A stretch of DNA of 32,000 bases from NCBI RefSeq assembly GCF_014857065.1, contig NZ_CP046533.1, positions 390,001 to 422,000 on the forward strand. Direction: 5' to 3'. This DNA comes from Candidatus Saccharimonadota bacterium. GTDB lineage: Bacteria > Pseudomonadota > Gammaproteobacteria > Enterobacterales > Enterobacteriaceae. The notes beneath the pieces are model-generated. The model had not been told where the DNA came from. It searched no databases and saw only the letters and a list, made by a program, of their open reading frames with translations. Shown piece by piece: positions 20,646 to 29,955 of this stretch. The translations under genes and the position numbers were made by a program. The first letter of the stretch is position 1, and the number at the start of each line of letters is the position of its first letter.

Positions 20646-20870
20646 CATATCCGGTTAACAACCGATAATAGCTTCTTACTATAAGAAGAACTCTTCATAA
20701 GGAAGCAGTTTGAAACAAGCAGGTACTTATATATTTCCAAAATGCAAAAATAATTATAATTTACAAATATCACTTCAAGATAGTTAAATTTTCCATTACG
20801 CCCTTAAACTATGATAGAGTCAATAAATACTTATAAGATTAAACTAGAAGAAAAAATTTAGACTATTGCG

Positions 20871-22091
20871 ATGACGAAAAACAAAGATAAAAAAATAGAA
20901 ACATCTCTAATAACCACAGCTAGAGATGAAAAATATACTCAAGGATCCATAAACCCAGTAATTCAAAGAGCTTCATCATTAATATTCAGCTCGTATAAGA
21001 AAAAAAAACAAGCGGCTATTATTAACAATTGTGCTCAAGATAACCTATTTTACGGACGTAAAGGCACATTAACACATTTTGCTTTAAAAAAAGCGATGAC
21101 CGAATTAGAAAATGGTGTAGGTTGTGCATTATATCCATGCGGTATGGCGGCAATCGCAAATTCCATTCTTTCTTTTGTATCTGCGGGAGATAATATTCTA
21201 GTAACAAATAATGTTTACGAACCAACCCAAAAATTTTGTCAACATATACTAAAAAAGTTACAAATTTCTACTACTTGGTTCAATCCATTAATAAGCGAAG
21301 ATATCAGCCATCTGATAAAAGAAAATACTAAAATAATTGTACTAGAATCACCTGGATCCATAACTATGGAGATACAAGATATCCCCGGTATTATAAAGGC
21401 AGCACGAAGAAAAAAACCAGATATCGTAATTATGTTAGATAATACTTGGTCAGCAGGAGTATTTTTAAAAGCATTAGATATAGACGTTGATATATCTATT
21501 CAATCAGGCACCAAATACCTAACAGGTCATTCTGACGCTATGATTGGAACTGCGGTATCTAATGAAAGGTGTTGGGAGCAGCTATGTAAACAATCTTATT
21601 TAATGGGACAAATAGTTGATGCAGATACTGCTTATATGACATTACGAGGAATACGCACTTTGCACCTGAGACTAAAACAACATGAAAAAAACGCATTACA
21701 GATTGCTAAGTGGTTGCATACTAATCCTAATGTGCATAAAGTTAACCACCCAGCTCTGCCTGGAAGTAAGGGTCATGAATATTTTATAAGAGATTTTACT
21801 GGCTCTAGTGGATTATTTTCATTTATATTAAAACAAAAACTAAATTCACAACAACTAACAAATTATCTTGATAATTTTAAATATTTCCGTATGGCATATT
21901 CATGGGGAGGATTTGAATCATTAATTCTCATTAATCAACCTGAAGAACTAATGAACATTAGAATATCTGAAAAATTAGATTTCACTGGCACTTTGGTGCG
22001 CCTTCACATTGGTTTAGAAAATATTGAAGATTTAATTGATGATCTATATAATGGATTTAAACGTATTGAAGGATCATCAAAAGAAACATAG
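20871..22091 (+). CDS. metC: Cystathionine beta-lyase (PLP-dependent)
   Basis: 406 aa. [10 protein letters not shown]......LFYGR.GTLTHF.L..AM.ELE.G.GC.L.PCG.AA.ANSIL.F...[12 protein letters not shown]...[38 protein letters not shown]...AYSWGG.ESLI...LHIGLE is collinear with E. coli MetC, including the PLP Lys in TKYLTGHSD. Confidence 0.94.
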   Translation: MTKNKDKKIETSLITTARDEKYTQGSINPVIQRASSLIFSSYKKKKQAAIINNCAQDNLFYGRKGTLTHFALKKAMTELENGVGCALYPCGMAAIANSILSFVSAGDNILVTNNVYEPTQKFCQHILKKLQISTTWFNPLISEDISHLIKENTKIIVLESPGSITMEIQDIPGIIKAARRKKPDIVIMLDNTWSAGVFLKALDIDVDISIQSGTKYLTGHSDAMIGTAVSNERCWEQLCKQSYLMGQIVDADTAYMTLRGIRTLHLRLKQHEKNALQIAKWLHTNPNVHKVNHPALPGSKGHEYFIRDFTGSSGLFSFILKQKLNSQQLTNYLDNFKYFRMAYSWGGFESLILINQPEELMNIRISEKLDFTGTLVRLHIGLENIEDLIDDLYNGFKRIEGSSKET

Positions 22092-22092
22092 A

Positions 22093-22833
22093 TTAATCAG
22101 ATTTATTACTTAAATCTCGAGCAGCAATTTCAGTATTTAATTCATAAATTTTAGTTTTCATAAGATTATAACAATATTCAGTAAACATTCTCACCTGCTT
22201 AATATTATAACTGACAGTTTCTAATGGAGGCAAAATTTCAATAAGAACTACTCCATTATACAAACGATTAAGTTTAATTTTACCAACTGTGTTAGATACA
22301 CAAACTGGTACTATAGGAACACCTGCAAAAATTGCAGCATAAAAAACACTTGTCTTAAAAGGTAACAAACCTCGACCTCGACTACGTGTGCCTTCTGGGA
22401 ATATCCATAACGAAATATCTTCCCTTTTAACGCGACTAGCTAATTTCACGATAGCGTTATGAGAACCTAAAATATTATTACGATCTATAAATAAATTACC
22501 AGTTAACCAATACAACAATCCAAACAAAGGTATCCATAACAAACTTCTCTTGCCAACTGTAATAGTACGTGGTTTCACCACATATGTTAACAAAATCAAG
22601 TCATAATTATTTTGATGATTAGAAACGTAAATATAATTTTTAGCTAATTGCTTTCTTAATGGTTGACGCAATTCAATTTGAATACCAAATACTGGAGCCA
22701 TTCTACTAAAAAAACGACTAAGAATAGCTGCATGAGCAGGATTCCTCGGACTTAATAAACAATAAACCGAACCAAATATACAGATAAAAACAGACAAAAT
22801 TGAAATTAGCAAAATACGTATAACTGCCAACAT
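22093..22833 (-). CDS. plsC: 1-acyl-sn-glycerol-3-phosphate acyltransferase
   Basis: 246 aa. It has the acyltransferase motifs NHQNNYD (HX4D) and FPEGTRSRGRGLLPFK plus an N-terminal membrane anchor. Its size matches E. coli PlsC (245 aa). Confidence 0.92.
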   Translation of the reverse strand: MLAVIRILLISILSVFICIFGSVYCLLSPRNPAHAAILSRFFSRMAPVFGIQIELRQPLRKQLAKNYIYVSNHQNNYDLILLTYVVKPRTITVGKRSLLWIPLFGLLYWLTGNLFIDRNNILGSHNAIVKLASRVKREDISLWIFPEGTRSRGRGLLPFKTSVFYAAIFAGVPIVPVCVSNTVGKIKLNRLYNGVVLIEILPPLETVSYNIKQVRMFTEYCYNLMKTKIYELNTEIAARDLSNKSD

Positions 22834-23248
22834 ATATCCCTTCCCAGAATTTTGAAATCAATAAACAATTAAATCTTTATTTTAAAAGATATCTTTGATC
22901 ACAGAGTTTAAGAGTTAAACTCTAATGAATAAATATTACTAATAAAAAACCAAATAACACCTTACAACAATAAATCATATAGTTAACCACTTTAAATTCA
23001 TAATGCACCGGGTCAAAACAAAGCAGAGCCGACTTACACTCACAGTGATTAGCAAATTAAAATTCCTTGAAGACATAACATAGTTAAACAAAGTGTTAAA
23101 AAATTAATATAAATAAAAAAATAATATCCCATAAAATACAAAGAAAGACACAGATTAAAACAAGTACATACTCGAAAATATTTAAAATAAAAACACAAGC
23201 AAATTAATAAATACAATAAACAATTTAAAAACGAATAAAATGCATAAA

Positions 23249-23896
23249 TCAATACCTCAGCGCTAGACGATAAGATACTAAATCTCTAATAGTTAATACA
23301 GGCATACCATATCTATTACTAAACTCGATAATTTCTAACGCACGAGACATACTACCATCTGCATTAGTCAATTCACATAACACGCCAAAAGGCTTTAAAC
23401 CAGCTAAAGTTGTTAAATCTACCGCTGCTTCAGTATGACCTAAACGAGACAATACACCTCCTTTTTGAGCGCGTAAAGGAAAAACATGACCAGGACGATG
23501 AAGGTCAGTTGGTTTAGCACCATCTTTAATAGAAGCGCGAATCGTAGTCAAACGATCTTCCGCTGATACCCCAGTGGTTATCCCTACTGCAGCTTCAATA
23601 GTTACAGTAAAAGCAGTGCGATAACGATTACTATTACATTCAACCATCATTGGTAATTCTAATTGATGACAACGACTTTCTGTCAAACAAAGACAGACTA
23701 TACCGCTGCCATAACGAATGGCCAAAGCCATTTGCTCAACTGTCATATTCTCTGCTGCAAAAATCATATCACCTTCATTTTCACGACACTCATCATCTGT
23801 AACTAAAACGCCAATACCATTACGTAATGCTTTTATTGCATTATCCACTCGTTCTATAAAAGATATACCAAATCTAGAAAGAAGAGACTGATACAT
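23249..23896 (-). CDS. ribB: 3,4-dihydroxy-2-butanone 4-phosphate synthase
   Basis: From the ATG at 23896, [73 protein letters not shown]...[40 protein letters not shown] matches E. coli RibB from residue 1. The ORF-track start at 23944 is GTG and adds 16 unmatched residues. Confidence 0.95.
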   Translation of the reverse strand: MYQSLLSRFGISFIERVDNAIKALRNGIGVLVTDDECRENEGDMIFAAENMTVEQMALAIRYGSGIVCLCLTESRCHQLELPMMVECNSNRYRTAFTVTIEAAVGITTGVSAEDRLTTIRASIKDGAKPTDLHRPGHVFPLRAQKGGVLSRLGHTEAAVDLTTLAGLKPFGVLCELTNADGSMSRALEIIEFSNRYGMPVLTIRDLVSYRLALRY

Positions 23897-24433
23897 TAAA
23901 TTTACATATCTCACGTATTCCAAATAAATAAAAACTAAAGACACAGTTCAAAGTAAACAACGTTCTAAAACACTAAAAACATAAAATATTTTGCTATAAT
24001 TAATCAGCCACCATACAAGATCCATATCTACGGGACATTAGATAGTAAAAATCTAAACTTCATAACAAAAGTACAACGCCTGTTCCAATCTATATCAAAC
24101 CACAACAATATTCTGATGTATATCTTAATTTATTACAAACTAAATAAAATATGCAAGACTTCATCGCATACTCATAATTAAATTAAACTAATTAATAAAT
24201 CAAATACTTTCAAAACTTATAAAAATTCCAGATGACAAAAATGATACAATACCTATTAGACTTTAACATACAAAACACTAACTTAAATATCCATAAGCAT
24301 ATACCATAAAACAAACAATAAAAATGAAATAAGCAAAATATCTGAATCGTAAACACAAACAAGAGTTAAAATTTGCCCTATCTGCAAAACTTAACAAAAT
24401 CAAATATTCATAATTAACTTAATTAAAGATTAT

Positions 24434-24913
24434 TTAAATATTTCTAATAACATTAATAATGTTACTAGTAGAAAAACCTATTTTAAAATCTAAAATGCGC
24501 ACTTCACCACCATTAGCCAATACCTCTTTACTGCCATCAATATCTCCTAATTTATAATCTGCACCTTTCACTAAAATATCAGGTAATAAATCTGCAATTA
24601 ACTTATTAGGACTATCCTCATCAAAAGAGACTACCCAATCCACAACCTTCAACGCTTCTAAAACAATCATACGTTGCGATAATACATTAATAGGTCGAAG
24701 ATTTCCTTTTAATTTTTTAGTAGAATCATCACTATTAACAGCTACAATTAACCTATCTCCCAACTTTTTAGCATTAGTTAAAAAATGAATATGACCAATA
24801 TGAAGTATATCAAACACGCCATTAGTCATTACAATTTTCTCACCTTGATATTTAGACACCAAAAGCATTTCTTTTAACATTATTTTACTCAAAATACCCA
24901 ACTTTATTTTCAT
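24434..24913 (-). CDS. hldE: D-beta-D-heptose 1-phosphate adenylyltransferase, equivalent to the C-terminal domain of bifunctional HldE/RfaE, here a separate ORF
   Basis: 159 aa. [84 protein letters not shown]...I.GSKEV.ANGGEV matches the E. coli HldE C-terminal cytidylyltransferase-like domain. The ATG at 24913 lies 4 nt after the stop of the kinase ORF, in a different frame. Confidence 0.88.
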   Translation of the reverse strand: MKIKLGILSKIMLKEMLLVSKYQGEKIVMTNGVFDILHIGHIHFLTNAKKLGDRLIVAVNSDDSTKKLKGNLRPINVLSQRMIVLEALKVVDWVVSFDEDSPNKLIADLLPDILVKGADYKLGDIDGSKEVLANGGEVRILDFKIGFSTSNIINVIRNI

Positions 24914-24917
24914 ACCA

Positions 24918-25859
24918 TTATATAAAAACTCTACTCAATTCAATAGCACTAACAGTAGATGTGCCTATTTTACCAATTACTATACCAGCAGCAGCATTTG
25001 CCAAAGCACAAGAATCTTCTATTTTACTTCCTGAGGATAAAGCAGCAGCTAATACAGCAATAACTGTATCTCCAGCCCCAATTACATCATAAACTACTTT
25101 ACCTTGAGCGGGAAAATGCAAAGGATCTGATCCTAATCTCAAAAGTGTCATACCCTTTTCAGCACGAGTAATCAATAATGCTGATATCTCGTATTCTGTT
25201 ATGATTTCTATTCCCCTTCTTATCAATACCTTTTCATCGTTACAATGATCAACTACTGCTTCAAACTCTGATATATTAGGAGTCAAAATAGTAGCACCTC
25301 GATAACGAGAAAAATCAGATCCTTTAGGGTCTACAAGTATAGGTATATCAAAACTACGAGCTAAAGAAATTATATCCTCTATGAAAATTAAAGAACCTTT
25401 AGAATAATCAGATAAAACTAAAACATCAAATTTTAATAATGCATATTTAACGCATTTCAAAATGGAAGAAGCATCTTTTCTATTAAAGTTACGTTCAAAA
25501 TCTAACCGTAATACTTGTCTATCATGAGACATAATTCTCAATTTATTTACTGTAGAATAATTAGTAACAGAAATAAATTCACACTCGACACAAGCTTCTG
25601 TAAGCTTTTCTTTTAAATTTTGCGCAAAATTATCCATGCCCACTAAACCAATTAATTTTGATTTAGCACCTAATGCGGCGATATTCATTGCTACATTAGC
25701 AGCTCCACCTGGATATTCCTTCATATGATGAATTTGCATAACAGGAACAGACGGAACATCTGAAGAAACACCTTTGGTATTTCCGTACCAATACCTATCT
25801 AATATAATGTCACCCACAACCAAGACATTAGCTAAACAAAAATTAGGATAAACCTCCAT
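24918..25859 (-). CDS. hldE: D-beta-D-heptose 7-phosphate kinase, equivalent to the N-terminal ribokinase-like domain of HldE/RfaE, here a separate ORF
   Basis: 313 aa. [14 protein letters not shown]....SS..P.VPV.......[15 protein letters not shown]...L.GLVG.D...[15 protein letters not shown]......C.LAN.AAGIV.GK.GTSTVS.IEL matches the E. coli HldE kinase domain. It ends at TAA 24920..24918, within what is the interdomain linker in E. coli. Confidence 0.88.
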   Translation of the reverse strand: MEVYPNFCLANVLVVGDIILDRYWYGNTKGVSSDVPSVPVMQIHHMKEYPGGAANVAMNIAALGAKSKLIGLVGMDNFAQNLKEKLTEACVECEFISVTNYSTVNKLRIMSHDRQVLRLDFERNFNRKDASSILKCVKYALLKFDVLVLSDYSKGSLIFIEDIISLARSFDIPILVDPKGSDFSRYRGATILTPNISEFEAVVDHCNDEKVLIRRGIEIITEYEISALLITRAEKGMTLLRLGSDPLHFPAQGKVVYDVIGAGDTVIAVLAAALSSGSKIEDSCALANAAAGIVIGKIGTSTVSAIELSRVFI

Positions 25860-26573
25860 ACTCTATCTTACTCCTATAAAATACGAATATGTTTGTTTCA
25901 ACACTAAGCACAACTTACAATTATATTTAAAGTGTTTAAAAATGCAATTATTCCAGTTACTCCATTACTTCACTCTTAATAACTTTAGAGTAAATAAATA
26001 ACGTTTAAATTTCAAAAACAACTATTTCAACATTCCAACCTTCAAATAAAATTATCCATCTAAAATAAATATAATAAAACATAAAACTAAACTTAAACAA
26101 ATCGTTCTTCTATTTTATATAAATATTTTCATAATTAATGCATTAATTAACGTATGTACGAACATCAAAACAGAAAAAGCAATAAGCAATTACTACCTAC
26201 TTTAAGCAATCATTTTCGAATTAAAGAGATCTAAATATTGTAGCAAAACCCTTAACTGATATTTAAAAACAAATCCTTACATTTTACTATATATCACAAA
26301 ACTTAATAAAAAACAAACTTCAAAATTAACTTAAAATAATATTGATAAATCCATAAAATACAAAACTCAATAAATCCACAAACAACATAAATTCATATAA
26401 CAAAAGATATAAAATGGCCTTGATGTCAAATATAGGAATCCTATAAAATATATATATAATTAAATGCATAAGTTAAATTAATAAAATATTTCTATATACC
26501 TATATATATTACTTATTATTAAACATCAAAACCAAAAACATAATATAGAGATCTATATAATCATAGTAAAATT

Positions 26574-27836
26574 ATGAAAAAATATTTAGTGGGGGGAGCG
26601 GTACGCGATTTTTTATTAAAAATACCTATAAAAGAAAGAGATTGGTTAATAATTGGCTCCTCCCCAAAAGAAATGCTCGATATAGGATATCAACAAGTGG
26701 GAAAAGAATTTCCAGTGTTTCTACATCCACAAAACCATGAGGAATATGCTTTAGCACGTACTGAAAAAAAACATGGACGAGGATATGCAGGATTTATTTG
26801 TCAAACTTCGCCAAAAATTACCTTAGAAGAAGATTTATACCGCAGAGATCTAACCATTAATGCTATAGCTCGGGATGAACAAGGAAACATTATAGATCCT
26901 TATAATGGACAAAAAGATATAAAACTAAGGATACTACGTCATGTTTCCAATCTTTTTCAGGAAGATCCATTAAGAATATTACGTGTAGCACGTTTTGCAG
27001 CACAATTTGCACACCTTAACTTTAGGATTGCGCCAGAAACATTAAATCTCATGAAAAAGATGATCTATGAATTACCATCATTATCACCAGAAAGAATATG
27101 GATAGAAACTAAAAAATCTCTATCCACAAAAAATCCACAAATATATTTTACAGTATTGAAAAATTGTGGTGCTCTGAAAATTGTATTTCCAGAAATACAA
27201 GATCTATTTAACAATAAAATTGTATCACCTAATAACAATGAACCAGAAAACAATATTGGTGTTATTGCCCTATCAACACTCAAAATCGCTGCAAATTTAA
27301 CAAATAATATTGCAGTAAGATTTGCCACCATCTGTAAAGATTTAGGAGAAAACAAAGAACAAATAAAAGGATACAAAAATAAAATACATAAAGAAACAAT
27401 AGGAACAAAAATAATTGATAACCTATGCAAACGCTTAAAAATACCAAATTTTTTATGTAATACAGCTAAAATAATTAACAAATATCACAAACAAATTGAT
27501 GATATTCATTTAGAAACACCTGATAAAATTATTAAATTATTTGATGAAATTGATGTCTGGCGTCATCCAGAAAGATTGGAACATATGCTTTTAGCAAAAG
27601 AAGCCAATTTTCGTACATCAAACAAATTTAAAAATCAACCTTATTTATCAAAAAAGTTTCTATATCAAGCATATTCCATAACAAGACATATAAACGTATC
27701 AGAAATTATTAAAAAAGGAATAAAAGGAAAAGAAATAAAAAAAGAAATTTTTAATCAACGTCAAAAAAAAATATTCAAATGGAAAAAATTAAATAATAAA
27801 TATAAACACCTATATCCACAATTCAAAAACAATTAA
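26574..27836 (+). CDS. cca: tRNA nucleotidyltransferase (CCA-adding enzyme) with a degenerate HD domain
   Basis: 420 aa. MKKYLVGGAVRDFLL..P.KERDWLIIGS.P.EML..GYQQVG.EFPVFLHPQ.HEEYALARTE.K.G.GY.GF.C......TLEEDL.RRDLTINA.A.D..GNIIDPYNG..D...R.LRHVS..F.EDPLR.LRVARFAA matches the E. coli Cca head domain. The C-terminal half aligns, but the HD-motif residues are substituted (see findings). Confidence 0.93.
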   Translation: MKKYLVGGAVRDFLLKIPIKERDWLIIGSSPKEMLDIGYQQVGKEFPVFLHPQNHEEYALARTEKKHGRGYAGFICQTSPKITLEEDLYRRDLTINAIARDEQGNIIDPYNGQKDIKLRILRHVSNLFQEDPLRILRVARFAAQFAHLNFRIAPETLNLMKKMIYELPSLSPERIWIETKKSLSTKNPQIYFTVLKNCGALKIVFPEIQDLFNNKIVSPNNNEPENNIGVIALSTLKIAANLTNNIAVRFATICKDLGENKEQIKGYKNKIHKETIGTKIIDNLCKRLKIPNFLCNTAKIINKYHKQIDDIHLETPDKIIKLFDEIDVWRHPERLEHMLLAKEANFRTSNKFKNQPYLSKKFLYQAYSITRHINVSEIIKKGIKGKEIKKEIFNQRQKKIFKWKKLNNKYKHLYPQFKNN

Positions 27837-27861
27837 TAAAAAGATAAGCAATTAGCAAATC

Positions 27862-28680
27862 TTAATCACAACATAAAAAATAAATAACACTTGCTAAAAC
27901 AAAACGATATACAACAAAGGGAATAAAAGTTATCTTTTCAATAAACTGCAGAAAATACCTGATACTAGATAAACCAACTACAAAAGAAGTAATAAAACCA
28001 ACTAAAAATAAAAGCGAATCCTGTAAAGTAAAAAAAGATAAATTCTTACATAAATCTAGTGTCGCTGCACCAAAAATAACAGGAACCGCCAAAAAAAAAG
28101 AAAATTCAAAAGATGCATATCTATTAAGACCTATCAATAACCCACCACTAATAGTAGCTCCAGCCCGAGAAAATCCAGGAAATAAAGCAAAACATTGAAA
28201 ACAACCAATAAAAAAAGCTTGTAAATAACTTAATTTATTAATGCTCGTTATAAAAGGTGGATTATAAGCAAAATACTCCGCTATCAACAATAATAATCCT
28301 CCCAACACTAAAGCACGCATTACATACTTTAGTTCAAAAAAAAATTTAATTTGCTCGTAAAAAAGAAACCCTAATACAACTATAGGTAACATTCCAAAAA
28401 AAAGCAGCCACAAGAATGGAAAACCATCATCTCTATCCATTAGAACACTTTTTTGGGAAAAAATACCTAATTTTTTAGGTATTTTTTCCCAAAATTTAAT
28501 AATAACAGAAAAAATAGTACCAAATTGAATAAATACTTCAAAAATCTTAGCTCTCTCATTATTAAATTCCAATAAATAACCAATCAACATCATATGCCCT
28601 GAAGAAGACACAGGCAAAAATTCTGTTATACCTTCCACTACACCTAAAATAAAAATCACTAATAATTCGTGATAATTCAT
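27862..28680 (-). CDS. uppP: Undecaprenyl-diphosphate phosphatase
   Basis: 272 aa. GVVEGITEFLPVSSSGHM...QAF.IGCFQC.AL.PGFSR.GATISGG.L.G..RYA..EFSF.LAVP...GA..LDL is the BacA/UppP signature. It is polytopic, hydrophobic and full length versus E. coli BacA (273 aa). Confidence 0.95.
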   Translation of the reverse strand: MNYHELLVIFILGVVEGITEFLPVSSSGHMMLIGYLLEFNNERAKIFEVFIQFGTIFSVIIKFWEKIPKKLGIFSQKSVLMDRDDGFPFLWLLFFGMLPIVVLGFLFYEQIKFFFELKYVMRALVLGGLLLLIAEYFAYNPPFITSINKLSYLQAFFIGCFQCFALFPGFSRAGATISGGLLIGLNRYASFEFSFFLAVPVIFGAATLDLCKNLSFFTLQDSLLFLVGFITSFVVGLSSIRYFLQFIEKITFIPFVVYRFVLASVIYFLCCD

Positions 28681-28789
28681 TAAAATATAATCTCCTTAAA
28701 AATTTAATATATTAATCAACAAAAACAGTAAAAATAAGCTAATAAAATAATTCAACTTAATGTCATCGTTAATCAATATAAAATATTGC

Positions 28790-29149
28790 TTATTTCCTTT
28801 CACCTCTTTCAATAATCACACTAACATTACCTGCCTGTGGTATTGCTCTAGGTTTACTAACCTTTATCTGTATCCATTTAATATTAAATTTTATCATCAA
28901 CTGAGTCGCAATTTTTTCTGCAACCTGTTCTAATAGACTAAATTTATCTGTTTGCACTATAGCAATCACTGTATTAACAATATCCGAATAATCTAAATAA
29001 TTTAATTCATTATTAGAAAAATTAAATCTCAAATCTTGAAAATAACCTAATTTCAAATCAAAAACTAACCTCTGTAATTGTTGTTGCTCCCAATCACAAA
29101 GTCCTATAACACCCATAACTATTAGTTGTTCAATGAATATTATATCCAT
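28790..29149 (-). CDS. folB: Dihydroneopterin aldolase
   Basis: From the ATG at 29149, MDIIFIEQL.V...IG..DWEQ....LVFD......(Y.DI..TV)...E.VAE......W..IK.SKP.A...A.NV.VIIERG matches E. coli FolB (MDIVFIEQLSVITTIGVYDWEQ...). The ORF-track start at 29158 is TTG. Confidence 0.9.
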   Translation of the reverse strand: MDIIFIEQLIVMGVIGLCDWEQQQLQRLVFDLKLGYFQDLRFNFSNNELNYLDYSDIVNTVIAIVQTDKFSLLEQVAEKIATQLMIKFNIKWIQIKVSKPRAIPQAGNVSVIIERGERK

Positions 29150-29305
29150 AAACTTCAAAAATTTATCTTTATCAAGCTCACTGTCTAAATGAATGAAACC
29201 AAAACATATATCCAGAAATAGTTTAATAAAATCTAGTTAACATATAAAATAACACAACTAAACTAATTTCATAAAATCAATTATAAAATAAAATCAAATA
29301 AAAGC

Positions 29306-29878
29306 GTGAGTATTATTATTTTAATAACAATTTTTGCTTATTTCTGCGGGTCTATTTCCAGTGCTATTTTGATTTGTAAATTTAATAAACTACCAGATCC
29401 TCGTAGTATTGGTTCTAAAAATCCAGGAACGACAAATGTTCTAAGAATAAACAAAAAAATAGCCATATATGTACTTCTCTGCGATATTCTAAAAGGTATG
29501 ATTCCAATGTGGATAAGTTATTTATTTAACATACCAAATTTTTGGTTAGGTATAATACCAATTGTAACATGTATCGGACATATTTATCCCATATTTTTTA
29601 AATTTTATGGAGGCAAAGGAGTAGCTACCACATTTGGATCACTGACAACAATAGGATGGGATTTATCAAGTATAATGATTACAACCTGGATCATGACGGT
29701 ACTACTAACCAGATTTTCATCACTAGGTGCAATCATTACATCAATAATAATACCCATTTATGCCTGGTATTATAAATCAGAACTTGCTATCCAGATAACC
29801 GCTTTATCTGTGATAATATTATTTAAACATAAAAATAACATGTATAGACTATTGAAAGGGCAAGAAAATCGTATCTAA
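29306..29878 (+). CDS. plsY: Glycerol-3-phosphate acyltransferase PlsY (YgiH)
   Basis: 190 aa with a GTG start. AYFCGSISSAILICK...LPDPRS.GS.NPGTTNVLRI......D.LKGM.P.W...GH..P.FF.F.GGKGVAT.FG.....GWDL matches E. coli PlsY. It is divergent from folB as in E. coli. Confidence 0.93.
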   Translation: MSIIILITIFAYFCGSISSAILICKFNKLPDPRSIGSKNPGTTNVLRINKKIAIYVLLCDILKGMIPMWISYLFNIPNFWLGIIPIVTCIGHIYPIFFKFYGGKGVATTFGSLTTIGWDLSSIMITTWIMTVLLTRFSSLGAIITSIIIPIYAWYYKSELAIQITALSVIILFKHKNNMYRLLKGQENRI

Positions 29879-29955
29879 ACACACAGTTTATTACTTAAAA
29901 TTCAAAATAAATATAACATTAATGATGCCCTTCTCATTAACCAAATCAAACATAA

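Noticed and set aside
20651-20688. Two small hairpins just after tRNA-Phe, considered as a possible terminator: cggtt-aac-aaccg at 20652..20664, and cttctta-cta-taagaag at 20672..20688.
   Set aside because: The stems are short and AT-rich and are not followed by a T-run. Such hairpins arise easily in this composition. They might assist 3' processing, but I cannot support a terminator call.
22903-22923. An 8-bp inverted repeat, agagttta-agagt-taaactct, between ribB and plsC, considered as a ribB terminator.
   Set aside because: There is no adjacent U-tract in minus sense (the following sequence is gtgatcaaag...). The stem is AT-rich with low predicted stability. The evidence is insufficient.
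23049-23252. A 67-aa hydrophobic, Cys-rich ORF overlapping the ribB stop by 4 nt (possible coupled small membrane protein).
   Set aside because: The start codon is TTG (+ strand caa at 23250..23252). The sequence is the complement of an A-rich low-complexity spacer, which automatically encodes Phe/Leu/Ile/Tyr/Cys-rich peptides. There is no known homologue at this position in enterobacteria.
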